The translations under genes and the position numbers were made by a program. A stretch of 62,758 bases of DNA. Source: Chiloscyllium plagiosum. Lineage: Eukaryota. This document shows positions 23,490-36,791 of this stretch, piece by piece. The DNA is taken from contig NC_057720.1 of the NCBI RefSeq assembly GCF_004010195.1, positions 7,863,117-7,925,874 on the forward strand, written 5' to 3'. The stretch's first letter is position 1. Each line of letters starts with the position of its first letter. The notes beneath the pieces are model-generated. The model was given only the letters and a program-made list of their open reading frames with translations. It had not been told where the DNA came from and did no database searches.

Positions 23490-24755
23490 CGGAGAATTTT
23501 CTATGTTGTGAAACTTGAAAGGGTTCGGAAAATATTCACAAGGATGTTGCCAGGGTTGGAGGATTTGAGCTATGGGGAGAGATTGAATAGGCTGGGGCTG
23601 TTTTCCCTGGAGCGTCAGAGGCTGAAGGGTGACCTTATAGAGGTTTATAAAATCATGAGGGGCGTGGATAGGATAAATAGACAAGGTCTTTTCCCTGGGG
23701 TGGGGAAATCCAGAACTAGAGGGCATAGGTTTAGGATGAGAGGGGAAAGATATAAAAGGAACATAAGGGGCAACTTTTCATTCAGAGGGTGGTACGTGTA
23801 TGGAAGTGGTGGAAGCTGGTACAATTCAAACATTTAAAAGGCATTTGGATGCGTATATGAATAGGAAGGGTTTGGAGGGATATGGGCCAGGTGCTGGCAG
23901 GTGTGACAAGATGGGTTGGGATATCTGGTTGGCATGGACAAGTTGGACCAAAGGGTCTGTTTCTGTGCCGTACATCTCTATGATTTCATCCCCAGGGAAA
24001 CTGGATAGATTAGGACTGTATTCACTGGAGTTTTGAAGAATGAGTGGGGATCGCCTGGAAACCTAGATGAACGTGGAAGGATATTCACGATGTGTGGGAC
24101 GTCCAGAACAAGAAGTAGCAGTCTAAGGATATGGGGGAGGCCATTTAGGTCTGAGATGAGGAAAAATGTCATTACCCAGAGAGTCATGGCCTGTGGAACT
24201 CTCTGCCACAGAAAGCATTTGAGGCCAAAACATTGAGTATTTTCAAGAAAGAGTGAGATATAATTCTTAGGGCTAAGGGAATTAAAGGATATGGGGAGAA
24301 AGGAGAAACAGCTGGATGATCATGTTAAATGGTGGAGCAGACTTTAAAGGCTAACTGACCTTCTCCTGCTCTTAGTTTCTGCACAGAAACAGACCTTTCT
24401 CATTAATGCCGACCAGACAGTCTAAATTAATCTAGTCCCATTTGGCTCATATCCCTCTAAATCCTTCCTAGTTATATACCCATCCAGACGCTTTTTAAAT
24501 GTTGTCATTGTACCAGCCCACGCAACTTCCTTTGGCAGCTCCAACCATACACCTACATCATCCTCTGTGTGAAAAAGTTGCCCCTCTAGGCCCCTATTTT
24601 TCCCTTCTCAACCTAAGCCCTCCGATTTTGGACTCCTCTACCCTGGGAAAAGACCTTGGCTATTCACCCTATCCATGCCTCTCATGATTTTATAAGCCTC
24701 CATCCTGCCATGGAAAATAACCCCAGCCTATTCAGCCTCTGCCTATAGCTCAAGT
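23490..24755. mobile_element. Cluster of three CR1 3' ends (+ 23490-23983, + 23985-24380, - 24380-24755)
   Basis: LERVRKIFTRMLPGLEDLSYGERLNRLGLFSLERQRLKGDLIEVYKIMRG...RTRGH. Confidence 0.9.
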
Positions 24756-25369
24756 GTCTTTTTATGTTTCTAGTTTGCTGCTTACCATCGCACTGTTTGC
24801 TGAAGCAATATTGCACAGTGCCCCATTTTAATGTAGGAAACTATTGGAGATCAATTTCCCCCGCACTCTGTTATCCATTATACACATTTCCAGTACAGCC
24901 AAGAACTGAAGCCAATGTTAGAAGATTCACAGCAGCAACACAGCACTAAACATGACCTCTGCACCTCATAATCTCCAGAGACATGCATAAAACAAAAGAG
25001 GAGCTCTCTGGGTGCATCAGCGCAGAGACTTTGAGAGTAGTTCTATTCTATCAGTCTTTCTCAGTGCAGTGCAATGCAAATGTTTCAGGTTTGCAGACAT
25101 TGAGAAGTCCCAAGCTTCAAACCAGAGCAGTTCCCTTTTCCCTTTATGCTAGCATTCTTCTTGGATTCTCCCTCTTTTCTGCTAAATTCCTTGATATTCC
25201 CCTTCCTGCTGAGGCAGCAGAAAGCTAGAAAGGCAGAAATCCTTTTATTCAGCACAATTCACAGTTCTGGCCATCCTAAAGTGCTTCACAGCCAATGAAT
25301 CACTTTTAAATTCCTGTCCCAATTGCAACATAGAAATGGTGACAACTACAGAGTACATAGTAAACTTGT

Positions 25370-27365
25370 GCGTTGTCAATGGTGGACAGGCTTTGGGGAG
25401 TCAGGAGGTGAGTTACTCGCTGGAGTATTCCTCGCATCTTGCAACCACTGCTTTTATGTGGTGAGTCCAGTTCAGTTTCTGGTCAATGGTAACCTCTAGG
25501 ATGTCGATAGTAGGGGATTCAGTGATGATAATAAAATTGAATGGTGGTGGGAGAGAAAAAAATTGCGTTTTAGTGGAAATGGTCATTGCCTGGCATTTAT
25601 GTGGAGTGTATGTTACTTGTCACTTGTCAGTCCAAGCCTGGATATTGTCCAGATCTTGCTGCATTTCAACATGGACTGCTTCAGTATCTGAGGAGTCAGG
25701 AATATTGCTGAACACTGTGAAATCATCAGTGAACATTCTCACTTCTGACCTTCTGATAGAGGGAAGGTCATTGATGAAGCAGCTGAAGATGGTTGGGCCA
25801 AGGACACCACTCTGAGGAGCTTCTGCACAGATGTCCAGGAACTGAGATGACTAACCACCAATAAGGACAACCATCTTCCTATGTGTCAGGTATGACTCCA
25901 ACCAGTGGATTGTTTGCCCCCGATATCCACTGATTCCAGTTTTGTGAGGGCTCCTTGATGCCACACTCAGTTGAATGCAGCCTTGATTCCAAGGGCTGTG
26001 ACTCTCACCTCCCCTCTGGAATTCAGCTTCTTTATCGCTGTTTGAACCAAGGCTGTAATGAGGTCAGGAGCTGAGTGGCTCTGGCGGAGCCCAAACTGGG
26101 TGTCACTGAGCAGGTTATTGTTGAGCAGGAGCTGCTCAGTAGCGCTATTGGTGACACCTTCCATCACTTTACTGATAATCAAGAGTCGTCTGATGGGATG
26201 ATAATTGGCCAGGTTGGATTTGTCTTCCTTTTTAGTGTACAGGACACACTTGAGCAATTTTTCACTTTGTTGGGTAGATGCGGCACAGTGGTTAGCACTG
26301 CTGCCTCACAGCACCAGGGTGCCAGGTTCAATCCTAGCCTCGGGCTACTGTCTGTGTGAAGTTTGCACATTCTCCCTGTGTCTGCGTGGGTTTCCTCTGG
26401 GTGCTCCGGTTTCCTCCCACAGTCCAAAGATGTGCAGGTCAGGTGAATTGGCCATGCTAAATTGCTACATAGTGTTAGGTGCATTAGTTAGAAGGGAAAT
26501 GGGTCTGGGTGGGTTACTCTTCAGAGGGTTGGTGTGGACTGGTTGGGCCAAAGGGCCTGTTTCCACAGTGTAGGGAATCTAATCTAATCTAAAATATGCC
26601 AGTGTTGTAACTGTACTCTAACAGCTTAGCTGAGGGAGTGGCAAGTTCTGGAGCTCAAGTCTTCACTACTATTGCCCAAAAGTTGTCAGGGCCCATAGAC
26701 TTTGCAGTGTCCAGTGCTTCCTGATATTGTGTGGAGTGAATCAAATACCACAGGCTGATACCTGTGACACTGGGGACCACTGGAGTAGGCTGAGGTGGAT
26801 CAACCACTGGGGACTTCTGGCTGAAGATTGCTGTGAAAGCTTCAGCCTCATCTTTTGCAATGATGTGCTTGGCCCTTCCATCATTGAGAATGGGAATATC
26901 TGTGAAACCTCCTCCTCCAATGAGTTGTTTAATTGTCCACCACCATTCACGACTGGATGTGGCAGGACTGCAGAGCTTACATCTGATGCATTTGTTGTAG
27001 GATCCTTTGCTCTGACTATCACTGGCTGTCTATGCAGTTTGGCATATCATTGGCTTCACCAGCTTGACACATTTTCAGGTTTGCCTGGTGCTGCTCCTGG
27101 CATGCCCTCCTGCATTCTCCATTGAACAAGGGTTGATCCCCTGGCTTGATGGTAATGGTTGAGTGTGGGATATACTGGGCCATGAGATTACAGACTGTGC
27201 TGTAGTACAATTCTGCTGCTATGATGGCCCACAGCATCTCATGGATGTCCATGTCTTGAGTTGCTAGATTGGTTCGAAGTCTGTCCCATTTAGCACAGTG
27301 ATAGTACCACAGAACACGATGGAGGCCATTCTCAGTGTGAAGCCGGGATGTCGTCTCCACAAGGA
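25370..27365 (-). mobile_element. Second LINE family (CR1/L2 group), ORF2 fragment with HE1 insertion
   Basis: KKEDKSNLANYHPI...SKVMEG...LLSDTQFGLRQSHSAPDLI...VTALGIKAAFN (RT domains); HRVLWYYHCAKWD (post-APE). Confidence 0.85.
26278..26592 (+). mobile_element. HE1-type SINE, full length
   Basis: GGCACAGTGG A box, GGTTCAATCC B box, (AATCT)n tail. Confidence 0.92.
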
Positions 27366-27399
27366 TGGATACATGAACAAATCATGTGTTGGCTGTGAC

Positions 27400-27660
27400 A
27401 CAAATGCTGGTCAGGATACTTTGAGAGCACCTTTGCTCTTTATTGAATAGAGTTTGGGGAACTTCTATGTCCCCCTGAAAGGGAAGGTGAAACCTCAGTT
27501 TAATGTCTCATCTGAAGAATGACACCTCCGATAGCACAGCACACCCTTGGTCCTGACCTGAAACATCAGAGCATTTTTTGTACTGAAATCCCTAGATTGG
27601 GATGAGAACCCACAACCTTCAGACTCAGAAACCAGGGTCCTAATTAAGCCATATCTGCCA
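27400..27660 (-). mobile_element. Deu-domain SINE fragment
   Basis: Reverse strand GTGCTGTGCTATCGGAGGTGTCATTCTTCAGATGAGACATTAAACTGAGG; head CTGAGTCTGAAGGTTGTGGGTTC. Confidence 0.7.
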
Positions 27661-27864
27661 CTGACTATCACATTGGTATTGTTTGGTGCCTCATCCATTT
27701 GGGGCCATCCTTTTAGTCTTAGCCAGTATCTTTAATGTTGCAAAATGCTTCATTCAGTGGAGGACAGAAGGTACAGCTGCAGTTGAGCCACTTCAACTGG
27801 CCTCCATCACTCCACGTTAGGGTGATGAGTGAGAAACAGCCAGCATTTGATCATTCTTCTTACA

Positions 27865-28800
27865 GTCAGAGAGTCATACAACATGGAAACAGACCCTTTG
27901 GTCCAACCAGTCTATACCAGCCTTAATCCCAAACTAAACTAGTCACACCTGCCTGCACTAGACACATGTCCCGTCAAACATTTTTGATCCAAGTACTTAT
28001 CTAAATGCCTTTAAAACATTGAAACAGTACCCATAACAATCACTTCCCCTGGAAGTTCATTCCACACACAATCCACTCTCTGTGGAAAGAAAAAATGCCC
28101 CTCATGTCTTTTATAAATCTTTCTCCTCCCATCTCGAAAATATCCCCTTAAGACAAACAATTGCTGGAGATCACAGCGGGTTAGGCAGCATTCATGGAGA
28201 GAGAGCAAGCTAACGTTTCAAGTCTACATGACTCTCATCAGATATGAAGTGAAGTGTTTCCACTTCACTTTGGCTCTGATGAAGAGTCAGCTAGACTCGA
28301 AATGTTAGCTTGCTCTCTCTCCATGGACGCTGCCTGAACTGCTGTGACTGCCAGCATTTGTTATTTTCACTACAGATTCCAGCATCCACAGTAACTTGTT
28401 CACACTTAAAAATGCCCCTTAGTTTTGAAATTCCCCACCCAAGGAAAGAGACACCTGCCATATTTATAGCCCTTATGATTTTACAAACCTCCATAAGGTC
28501 ATCCCTCAACCTCCTAAGCTCCAGTGAAAAAGGTTCCAGCAACATCCTGGTAAACCTCTTATGAACCCTCTCCAGATTAATAATAATCTTCCAATAACAG
28601 AGTGATCTGAACTGGTGAACTGGTAATTCTGATACTCCAGAAGGGGCCTCACCAATGTACTGTACAACTTTGACATTAAGACCCAACTCCAACACTCAAA
28701 TGTCTGAGCAATGAGGGCAAATGTGCTGAATGCCTTCTTACCCGCAATATCTACATGTGACACATAATTGAAAGAATTATATACCTGAACCCCTCGGTCT
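27865..28800 (-). mobile_element. CR1 3' fragment split by a PLE family C inverted dimer
   Basis: LYSTLVRPLLEY, LERVHKRFTRML, LELRRLRDDLMEVCKI. Confidence 0.85.
28151..28400. mobile_element. PLE family C inverted dimer with a hammerhead motif on each strand
   Basis: 28273-28309 GCT-CTGATGA-A-GAGTC-AGCTA-GACTC-GAAA-TG-TT-AGC; left arm is the reverse complement. Confidence 0.75.
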
Positions 28801-28969
28801 CTTAAACCGACAGAAGTCCTGTCGGAGCTGGGGTTCAAAGGTCATGGATTCCCTGCAGCTAATTCTGGACATTTCCCTGGTTCAGATACAGTGAGCGTTT
28901 GAAGGGTTTGGGAAGGAGATGAAATGGAGGTGAGGATGAAAATACAATTCTCACTTGGACCTATGTAAC

Positions 28970-29056
28970 ATCATACCTGACGAAGAAGCAATGCTCCGAA
29001 AGCTAACACTTTGAAATAAACCTGTTGGACTCCAATCTGGTGTTGTGTGACTTTTA
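28970..29056 (+). mobile_element. PLE family B terminal fragment
   Basis: CTGACGAAGAAGCAATGCTCCGAAAGCTA...AAACCTGTTGGACT..A.CTGGTGTTGTGTGA, as at 46577-46652. Confidence 0.75.
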
Positions 29057-29894
29057 AAACCCTTTGTAGCCATTCTGCAAACGTGTCCCTCACCTCTTTC
29101 TGATTCGACAAACCTCACTCTCAGCATCTTCAACATAAATCAAACTGCTCCTGACTTCAGAAGAAAGACAGAGATCCTCAGTCAAGACTCAACATTGCCT
29201 CTGTGCAGAATTTGGGGATAATTACCAAACACAGTCTGAAGGTATCCAGTGCATCAATTGACATTTTTGGTACCCATTGGCAAACTCATACTCAATGTAA
29301 CCCATCTGGTAACCTACTTCTGAATGTATGTAAAGTTCCTTGGATGCATGTGTGTGTGCATTGAAACTTATTTTTTTAATCCACCAGAAGACATCAAATA
29401 GTTTCTTTTTATTTTAAACGGACAAGGAAACCTATTTATTGTTTTTCTTTACCAGTGTCAGCACTGAAACAGTTAAATACTCTGTTGACTTGTTGAATCA
29501 GGTCATGGTTCTGAAAGGGTTAATGTTGGAGATTGCATTAATCGCATGGAGCTGGTATACTAGCAAAGATGGTCGTAAGACAGAACACCATGAGATCCAA
29601 ATGGGCACCCAACAGTCTGAGTAACAACTTCTAACGTAGATATGTTTGATCAACCTGTTCAGAAATGCTATGACACATCAGAGGAGCAGGTAAGACTCCA
29701 ACCAAGGCTTTCTGGCACAGAGGTAAGGACACTACTTCGGCACCGCTAAGCCTGAGCTATTTTGAAGAACCTGCTCAGATATGTTGGATAAATAGCAAGT
29801 CAACTCACCACAGAAAGGATGTGGTAGCACTAGAGGAGGATACAGAGGATGTTGCCTGGGATGAAGCAATTGAACTTGAAGAAGAGACTGGATA

Positions 29895-31058
29895 GAGTTA
29901 TAGAGTCATAGAGATGTACAGAACAGAAACAGACCCTTCAGTCCAACTCGTCCACGCCGACCAGATATCCCAACCCAATCTAGTCCCACCTGCCAGCACC
30001 TGGCCTATATCCCTCCAAACTCTTCCTATTCATACACCCATCCAGATGCATTTCAAATGTTGCAATTGTACCAGCCTCCACCACTTCCTCTGGCAGCTCA
30101 TTCCATACACGTACCACCCTCTGAATGATAAGGGTGACCCTTAGGTCTCTTTTATATCTTTCCCCTCTCACCCTAAACCTATGCCCTCTAGTTCTGGACT
30201 CCCCCACCCCAGAGAAAAGACCTTGTCTATTTATCCTATCCATGCCGCTCATGATTTTCTAAACCTCTATAATGTCACTCCTCAGCCTCCGGTGCTCAAG
30301 GGAAAACAGCCCCAGCCTATTCAACCCCTCCCTTAAGCTCAGATCCTGGCAACATCCTTGTCAACCTTTCCTGACCCCTTTCAAGTTTCACAACATTTTT
30401 CCGATAGGAATGAGACCAGAATTGCATGCAATATTCCAACAGTGGCCTAACCAATGTCCTGTACAGTCTCAACATGACCTCCCAACTCCTGTACTCAATA
30501 CTCTGATAGATAAAGGAAAGCATACCAGACACCTTCTTCACTATCCTATCTAACTGCGACTCCACTTTCAAGGAGCTATGAACCTGCAACTCCGAGGTCT
30601 GTTTGTTCAGCAACACTCCCTAGGATCTTACCGTTAAGTGTATAAGTCCTGCTAAGATTTGCTTTCCCAAAATGCAGCACCTCGTATTAATCTAAATTAA
30701 ACTCCATCTGTCACTTCTCAGCCATCTGATCAAGATCCTGTTGTAGTCTGAAGTAACCTTCTTTACTGTCCACTACACCTCCAATTTTGGTGTCATCAGC
30801 AAACTTACTTATTATAACTCTTATGCTCACATCCAAGTCATTTATATAAATTATGAAATGTAGTGGACCCAGCATCGTTCCTTGTGGCACTCCACTGCTC
30901 ACAGGCCTCCAGTCTGAAAAACACTCCTCCACCACCAGCCTCTGTCTTCTACCTTTGAGCCAGTTCTGTATCCAAATGGCAAGTTCTCCCTGTATTCCAT
31001 GAGATCTAATCTTGCTCACCAGTCTCCGATGGGGAACCTTGTCGAACGCCTTACTGAG
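29895..31058 (-). mobile_element. CR1 (HER1-like) 3' fragment of about 1.16 kb, inserted in an older (+) CR1 (about 29790-31445)
   Basis: SGVPQGTMLG, SKFADDTKIGG, LYRTLVRPLLEYC; (CTATGACT)n tail. Confidence 0.93.
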
Positions 31059-32241
31059 GGCCTGGATTGCTTTCTTCAGAGCAGAGAAGACTGAGGGAAG
31101 ACATGATTGAGATGGATAAGATTATGAGGGTATGGACAGGGTGAATAGAGAGCAGCTGTTCCCCTTGGGTTGAAGGATCAATCACCAGTGGGCATAGTTT
31201 TAGGGTAAAGGGGCGGGAGATTCAGAAGGGATTTGGAAAAATACTTTTTTCACTGAGTGGGTCTTGGGAATCTGGAATGCACTGTGTGGGAAGGTAGTGG
31301 AGAAGAGTGGAAACCTTGCAACCTTTACAAAATATTTGGGTAAGCGCTTGGAATGTCATAACATTTAAGGTTGTGGAAAGTGCAGGAAATCAGGATTAGT
31401 ATGCTTTTAGTGGTAGTTATGCTTGCATAGACTCGATGGGACAGATTGGACATGACCCAGACATTCTGGCAAAGAGATACAGACCTACCACTTTACCATA
31501 GAGCTCCTAATGAACTACTGTAACTTATACCTGTTTGCTGTTATGTAATGAACTTACTCTTGTTAAAACTGGAGCCTCTCCTTGATCAGATTCGATCGGG
31601 TTTCATTCTCTACCATTGGAAACCAATTCAATTTTTAGACCCAGTGAAAGGAAAGTGAATTGGTGGCAGCCATCACCAATACTGCAAAGGGAAGAAGCAA
31701 ATGTTTTTTTGGTGCTCATGTTATTGCCAGCTGGGAGAGAGAAAGGGAGAGAAGGATCTCCTTCTTGAGTTTCTCAGCTAGCTACACCTGGCTTCAACAC
31801 TACTGATGCTCAGGAGAAATCCAATGTGACAGAAGTGATGGGGTGGAAACTAATTTTGATGAAAAGTTTACATCTGACTGAACAAACAATGGCTGACCAT
31901 CTCTCAGTGCCTGTTGTGTTTGATTCAAAACAGTATAGGATCAGTCAACATTAACTGTGATCCATTTTTATAACGTCCATTGAGAATATTACTTTCATCT
32001 AAATACTGACCTCCTTCACTCCACTGTTGTCATCTTGTCTTCAGCTCTGTAGGCCCCAAACTCTGAAATTCCCTCCCCAAATCTCTTCATCTCTCTCTCT
32101 TTCTCTCCACTTTGTTCAAATCTTTCTCTTGCCTGTCTTCATGTCTTCTTTTTTGGCTTGATGACAATTTGTGTTTCCGACAATTAAGTTTTACCACAGT
32201 AATTGCAAGACTGATATATGAAGAGAGACTGAATCAGTTAT

Positions 32242-32457
32242 AGAGAAAGTGAGGACTGCAGATGCTGGAGATCAGAGTCGAGAGTGTGATGTTGGAAAAG
32301 CACAGTAGGTCAGGCAGCATCCGAGGAGCAGGAGAATCGATGTTTTAGGCATAAGCCCTTCATCAGAAATGCTGATGAAGGGCTTATGCCCGAAACATCA
32401 ATTCTCCTGCTCCTCGGATGCTGCCTGACCTGCTGTGCTTTTCCAGCACCATATTCT
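32242..32457. mobile_element. PLE family A inverted dimer
   Basis: Arms meet at TTCATCAG-AAATG-CTGATGAA; TSD TGAATCAGTTAT at 32230-32241 and 32458-32469. Confidence 0.9.
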
Positions 32458-32672
32458 TGAATCAGTTATGGAGTCGTAGAGATGCACAGCAAAGAAGTAG
32501 ACCCTTCATTCCAACCTATCCATGCCGACCAGATATTCTACATAAATCTAGTCTCATTTGCCACTACTTGGCCCATATCCCTTTAAGCCTTTCCTATTCC
32601 ATATACCCATCCAGATGCCTTTTAAATGCTGTAATTGTACCAGCCTCCACTACTTCCTCTGGCAGCTTATTC

Positions 32673-32940
32673 CATACACACACCACCTTCACAGTGAGAA
32701 AGTTGCCCCTTTCATATCTTTTCCCTTTCACCCTAAATCCTCCAATTTTGGACCCCCCCCGACCCTGGGAAAAAAACATTGGCTATTAACCCTATCCATG
32801 CCCCTCATACACACACCACCTTCACAGTGAGAAAGTTGCCCCTTTCATATCTTTTCCCTTTCACCCTAAATCCTCCAATTTTGGACCCCCCCGACCCTGG
32901 GAAAAAAACATTGGCTATTAACCCTATCCATGCTCCTCAT
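32673..32940. repeat. 133-bp tandem duplication inside a (-) CR1 3' end (32465-32940)
   Basis: Units start at 32673 and 32806, nearly identical; CAT microhomology at the junction. Confidence 0.92.
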
Positions 32941-33014
32941 GAGGACTATATTCACTGGAGTTTAGAAGAATGGGGGGCTTTTTCATAGAAACCTATAAAT
33001 TCTAACAGAACTTA

Positions 33015-34555
33015 TAGACAATAGACAATAGGTGCAGGAGTAGGCCATTCTGCCCTTTGAGCCTGCACCACCATTCAATATGATCATGGCTGATCAGCCT
33101 TAATCACTCCCTCAATAGCCAGAATGTCTTTCCTCAAATTTGGAGACCAGAACTGCACACAGTACTCCAGGTGTGGTCTCACCAGGGCCCTGTACAGCTG
33201 CAGAAGAGCCTCTTTGCTTCTATACTCAATCCCTCTTGTTATGAAGGCCAGCATGCTATTAGCCTTCTTCACTACCTGCTGTACCTGCATGCTTACCTTC
33301 ATTGACTGGTGTACAAGAACACCCAGATCTCTCTGTACTGCCCCTTTACCTAAATTGATTCCATTTAGGTAGTAATCTGCCTTCCTGTTCTTGCCACCAA
33401 AGTGGATAACCATATATTTATCCATATTAAACTGCATCTGCCATGCATCTGACCACTCACCTAACTTGTCCAGCTCACCCTATAATCTCCTAACATCCTT
33501 ATCACATTTCACCCTGCCACCCAGCTTAGTATCATCAGCAAATTTGCCACTGTTATTGCTAATACCATCTTCTATATCATTAATATATATTGTAAAAAGC
33601 TATGGTCCCAGTACTGATCCCTGCGGTACCCCACTGGTCACTGCCTACCATTCTGAAATGGAGCCGTTTATCACTACTCTTTGTTTCCTATCATCCAACC
33701 AACTTTCAATCCAAGTTAGTACTTTGCCCCCAATACCATGCGCCCTAATTTTGCTCACTAACCTCCTATGTGGGACTTTATCAAAAGCTTTCTGAAAGTC
33801 CAGGTACACTACATCTACTGGATCTCCCTCATCCATCTTCAGAGTTACATCCTCAAAAAATTCAAGTAGATTAGTCAAGCATGATTTCCCCTTCATAAAT
33901 CCATGCTGACTCTGACCTATCCTGTTACTACTATCCAGATGTGTCGTAATTTCAGTCTCTCCAACACCAATTCTTGGCAAATATAAATTCCCTTCAGTTC
34001 TGGTCCTTCAGCCACTGTTACCTCAGGGAGATTGCTTGTGTCTTCCCCAGTGAACACAGATCTGAAGTACCAATTCAATTCTTCTGCCATTTCTTTGTTC
34101 CCCGTAATATATTCCCCTGTTTCTGTCTTCAAGGGCCCAATTTTTGTCCTAACCATTTTTTTGCCTTGCACATACTTAAAAAAGCTTTTACTATCCTCCT
34201 TTATATTCTTGGCCAGTTTACCTTCGTACCTCATTTTTTTCTCTGTGTATTTCCTTCTTAGTAATCCTCTGTTGTTCTTTACAAGCTTCCCAGTCCTCTG
34301 TTTTCCCACTTATCTTTGCTATGTTTTTCTCTTTTAACTTTATATGTTTCTTTACTTCCCTCGTCAGCCACGGCCGCCCATGCCTCCTCCTGGGATCTTT
34401 CTTCCTTTTTGGAATGAACTGATCCTGCAACTTCTGCATTATACACAGAAATATCCGCCATTGTTCCTCCACTGTCATCCCTGCTAAGGTATTGCACCAT
34501 TGAACTTTGGCCAGCTCCTCCCTCATAGCTCCATAGTTCCCTTTATTCAACAGAA
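33015..34555 (-). mobile_element. Young CR1 of a second subfamily with two internal deletions
   Basis: QHGFMKGKSCLTNLLEFF, YLDFQKAFDKVPH, LYRALVRPHLEYCVQFWSP; (TTGTCTA)n tail; jumps at about 33105 and 33953. Confidence 0.93.
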
Positions 34556-35280
34556 ATAGAGTAAAGACAGCAAGGATGGCCTTAATGACAAGAATCGGCA
34601 TCACAGTTGAAGGATTTAGAATAGCCACTCTGACTGAAATAAGGAGAAATGTCTTCACTCAGACAGTGGGGAACCTGTGGAATTCTTTGCCACAGAAACC
34701 AGTTGTAACCAAAAGAAGAAGTTAAATATAATTCTTCGGGCTAAGGGGATCAAAGAGTATGGGGAGAAAGTGGGAAGATCAATGAGTTGGATGATAAGCC
34801 ATGTTCACATTGATTGATGGAACAGGCTGGAAGGGCTGAATGGCCTACTCCTGCTCTTATTTCCTCTGTTTCTGTGTCTGAATGATACTTCTCCAAAGAA
34901 CATTTTACTAACTTAACATTATTGTATATAAATGCCAATCACCATCATTGTTGAACTCACTCCAGGCTGACATGACAAATCATTTATCCAGGTGGATCCC
35001 AGTGGGCCACCTCTGTCATCATTCTTTTATTCTGAGATTATAGCCTCTCATCCGAGAGTGGAAACAACATTTCCACATCAAGCCTGTCAAGTTCCCAAAT
35101 TGTTTGTTTTTCAATGAAAATGTCTCACATTCTTCTAAATCCCAATGAGTATCGGCCCAACCTACTCAATCTCTTCCCTGAAGACAGTTCCTCCGTATCC
35201 AGTTTCAGTGCCATGAACCTTCTCAGGTTTGCCTCCAATGTCGGTATTTCATTCCTAATATAAAGATTTCCAAAGAAAGA

Positions 35281-35592
35281 GGTGGCACTGCTGCCTCACC
35301 GTGCCAGGGAACCAAGTTCAATTCTACCCTCGGGTGACTTTCTGTGTGAAGTTTACGCATTCTCTCTGTGTCTATGTGGGTTTCCTCCCACAGTCTAAAG
35401 ATACACGAGTTAGATGGATTGGCCGCACTAAAATGCTCGTAGTACCCAGGGATGTGTAAGCTCGGAGGATTAGCTATGTGATGTGCTGGATTGCGAGGAT
35501 AGGGTTGGGTCTGGGTGGGATGATCTTCGGCTGGACTCAGTGCGGACTCAATGGGCCGAACGTCCTGCTTCCACGCTGTAAGGATTCCGTGA
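35281..35592 (+). mobile_element. HE1-type SINE
   Basis: GCACTGCTGCCTCAC head, V-domain and tail. Confidence 0.82.
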
Positions 35593-36475
35593 AAGCTGTT
35601 CACAGTATTCCACATCTGTTCTGACTAGTTCCTTCGAAATAGAAAAACCTCACTGTATTTATACTCCATTTCTTTTGAAATAAAGGCCAACATTTCATTT
35701 GCCTTGGATGCTAGCGTTTTGAGCTTCAATCATGAGGACTTGAAATTTCCTCTGATCCATAGTTTTCTCCAGTCTTTCAATTAAATAATATTCAACTTCT
35801 GTATTCTTCTGCCAAAGTGAATGACCTCACAGTTCCCAAGATTATGCCCACTTGGTTAACCTGTCTATATCCCTCTGCAAACTTGTTGTGTCATCTTATA
35901 CTTGCCTTCCCATCAATTTTTGCGTCATCAACTAACTTGACTGGAGTACATACACTTTCCTTATCCAAGGTATTAATATAATTCCTGAACTTAGCATTGA
36001 ATACATTCCACAGCCCGGCCTCCACTGCTGACTGTGTTAGCGAATTCCAAAGCCTAATGACTCTTTGAGAGATGAAATTCCAGCGCATGACTAACTAGGG
36101 AACTCATCACTTGAAGGTGTGAGACGGTTTGAAAAAGCTTCAGGAGAATCTTCACAGCCGTGAAGAATTTCAACTCTGAAGATCTACTGAAGAGGTTAGG
36201 ACCACTCTCTAACAGGACGATAGACAGGGTGAACATGGGATACTCACAGTGACCAGAGAGTCCAGAACCCAGAGGTCACAGTCTAAGGATACAGGCTGGG
36301 CCATTTAGCACTGAGATGAAGCGAACTTTCTTCACCCAGAGAGTGAAGAGCCTGTGGAATTCACTGCCATGGAAAGCAGTCAAGGCTAAAACATTGAATG
36401 TTTTCAAGAATGACTCAGGCATAGTTCTGAGGGCCAAAGGGATCAAAAGATATGGAGGGGGGAAACGGGAACAGG

Positions 36476-36572
36476 TTCCTGAAGATGGATTACACGCAAA
36501 ACGTTGACCTCTCCATTTCCTGATGCTGCCTGGCTTGCAGTGTTCTTCCAGCATCTTGCTTATCGACCTTGG
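36476..36572 (+). mobile_element. PLE family D terminal fragment inside a (+) CR1 3' end (about 36190-36860)
   Basis: CTGAAGATGGATTACACGCAAAACGTTGAC; same family as 39816-40111. Confidence 0.65.
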
Positions 36573-36599
36573 GTTAGATAATCAGCTGTGATCGTATTG

Positions 36600-36791
36600 G
36601 CAGAAGTCACACGACACCAGGTTATAGTCCAACAGGTTTATTTGAAGTCATAAGCTTTTGGAGCACTGTCCCCTCATCAGATGAAGTGCTCCAAATGCTT
36701 GTGATTTCAAATAAATCTGTTGGACTTTTACCTGATGTCATGTGGCTTCTGACCTTGCCCACCCCAGTCCAACACCAGCACCTTTATATCA
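36600..36791. mobile_element. PLE family B inverted dimer
   Basis: Arms CACCAGGTTATAGTCCAACAGGTTTATTTGAA and its reverse complement; TSD TGATCRTATTG at 36589-36599 and 36792-36802. Confidence 0.8.

Noticed and set aside
32242..32457. Palindromic units as MITEs or CRISPR-like repeats
   Set aside because: Arms match the terminus of the RT-bearing Penelope element, TSD lengths vary (8-17 bp), and there is no regular spacer array
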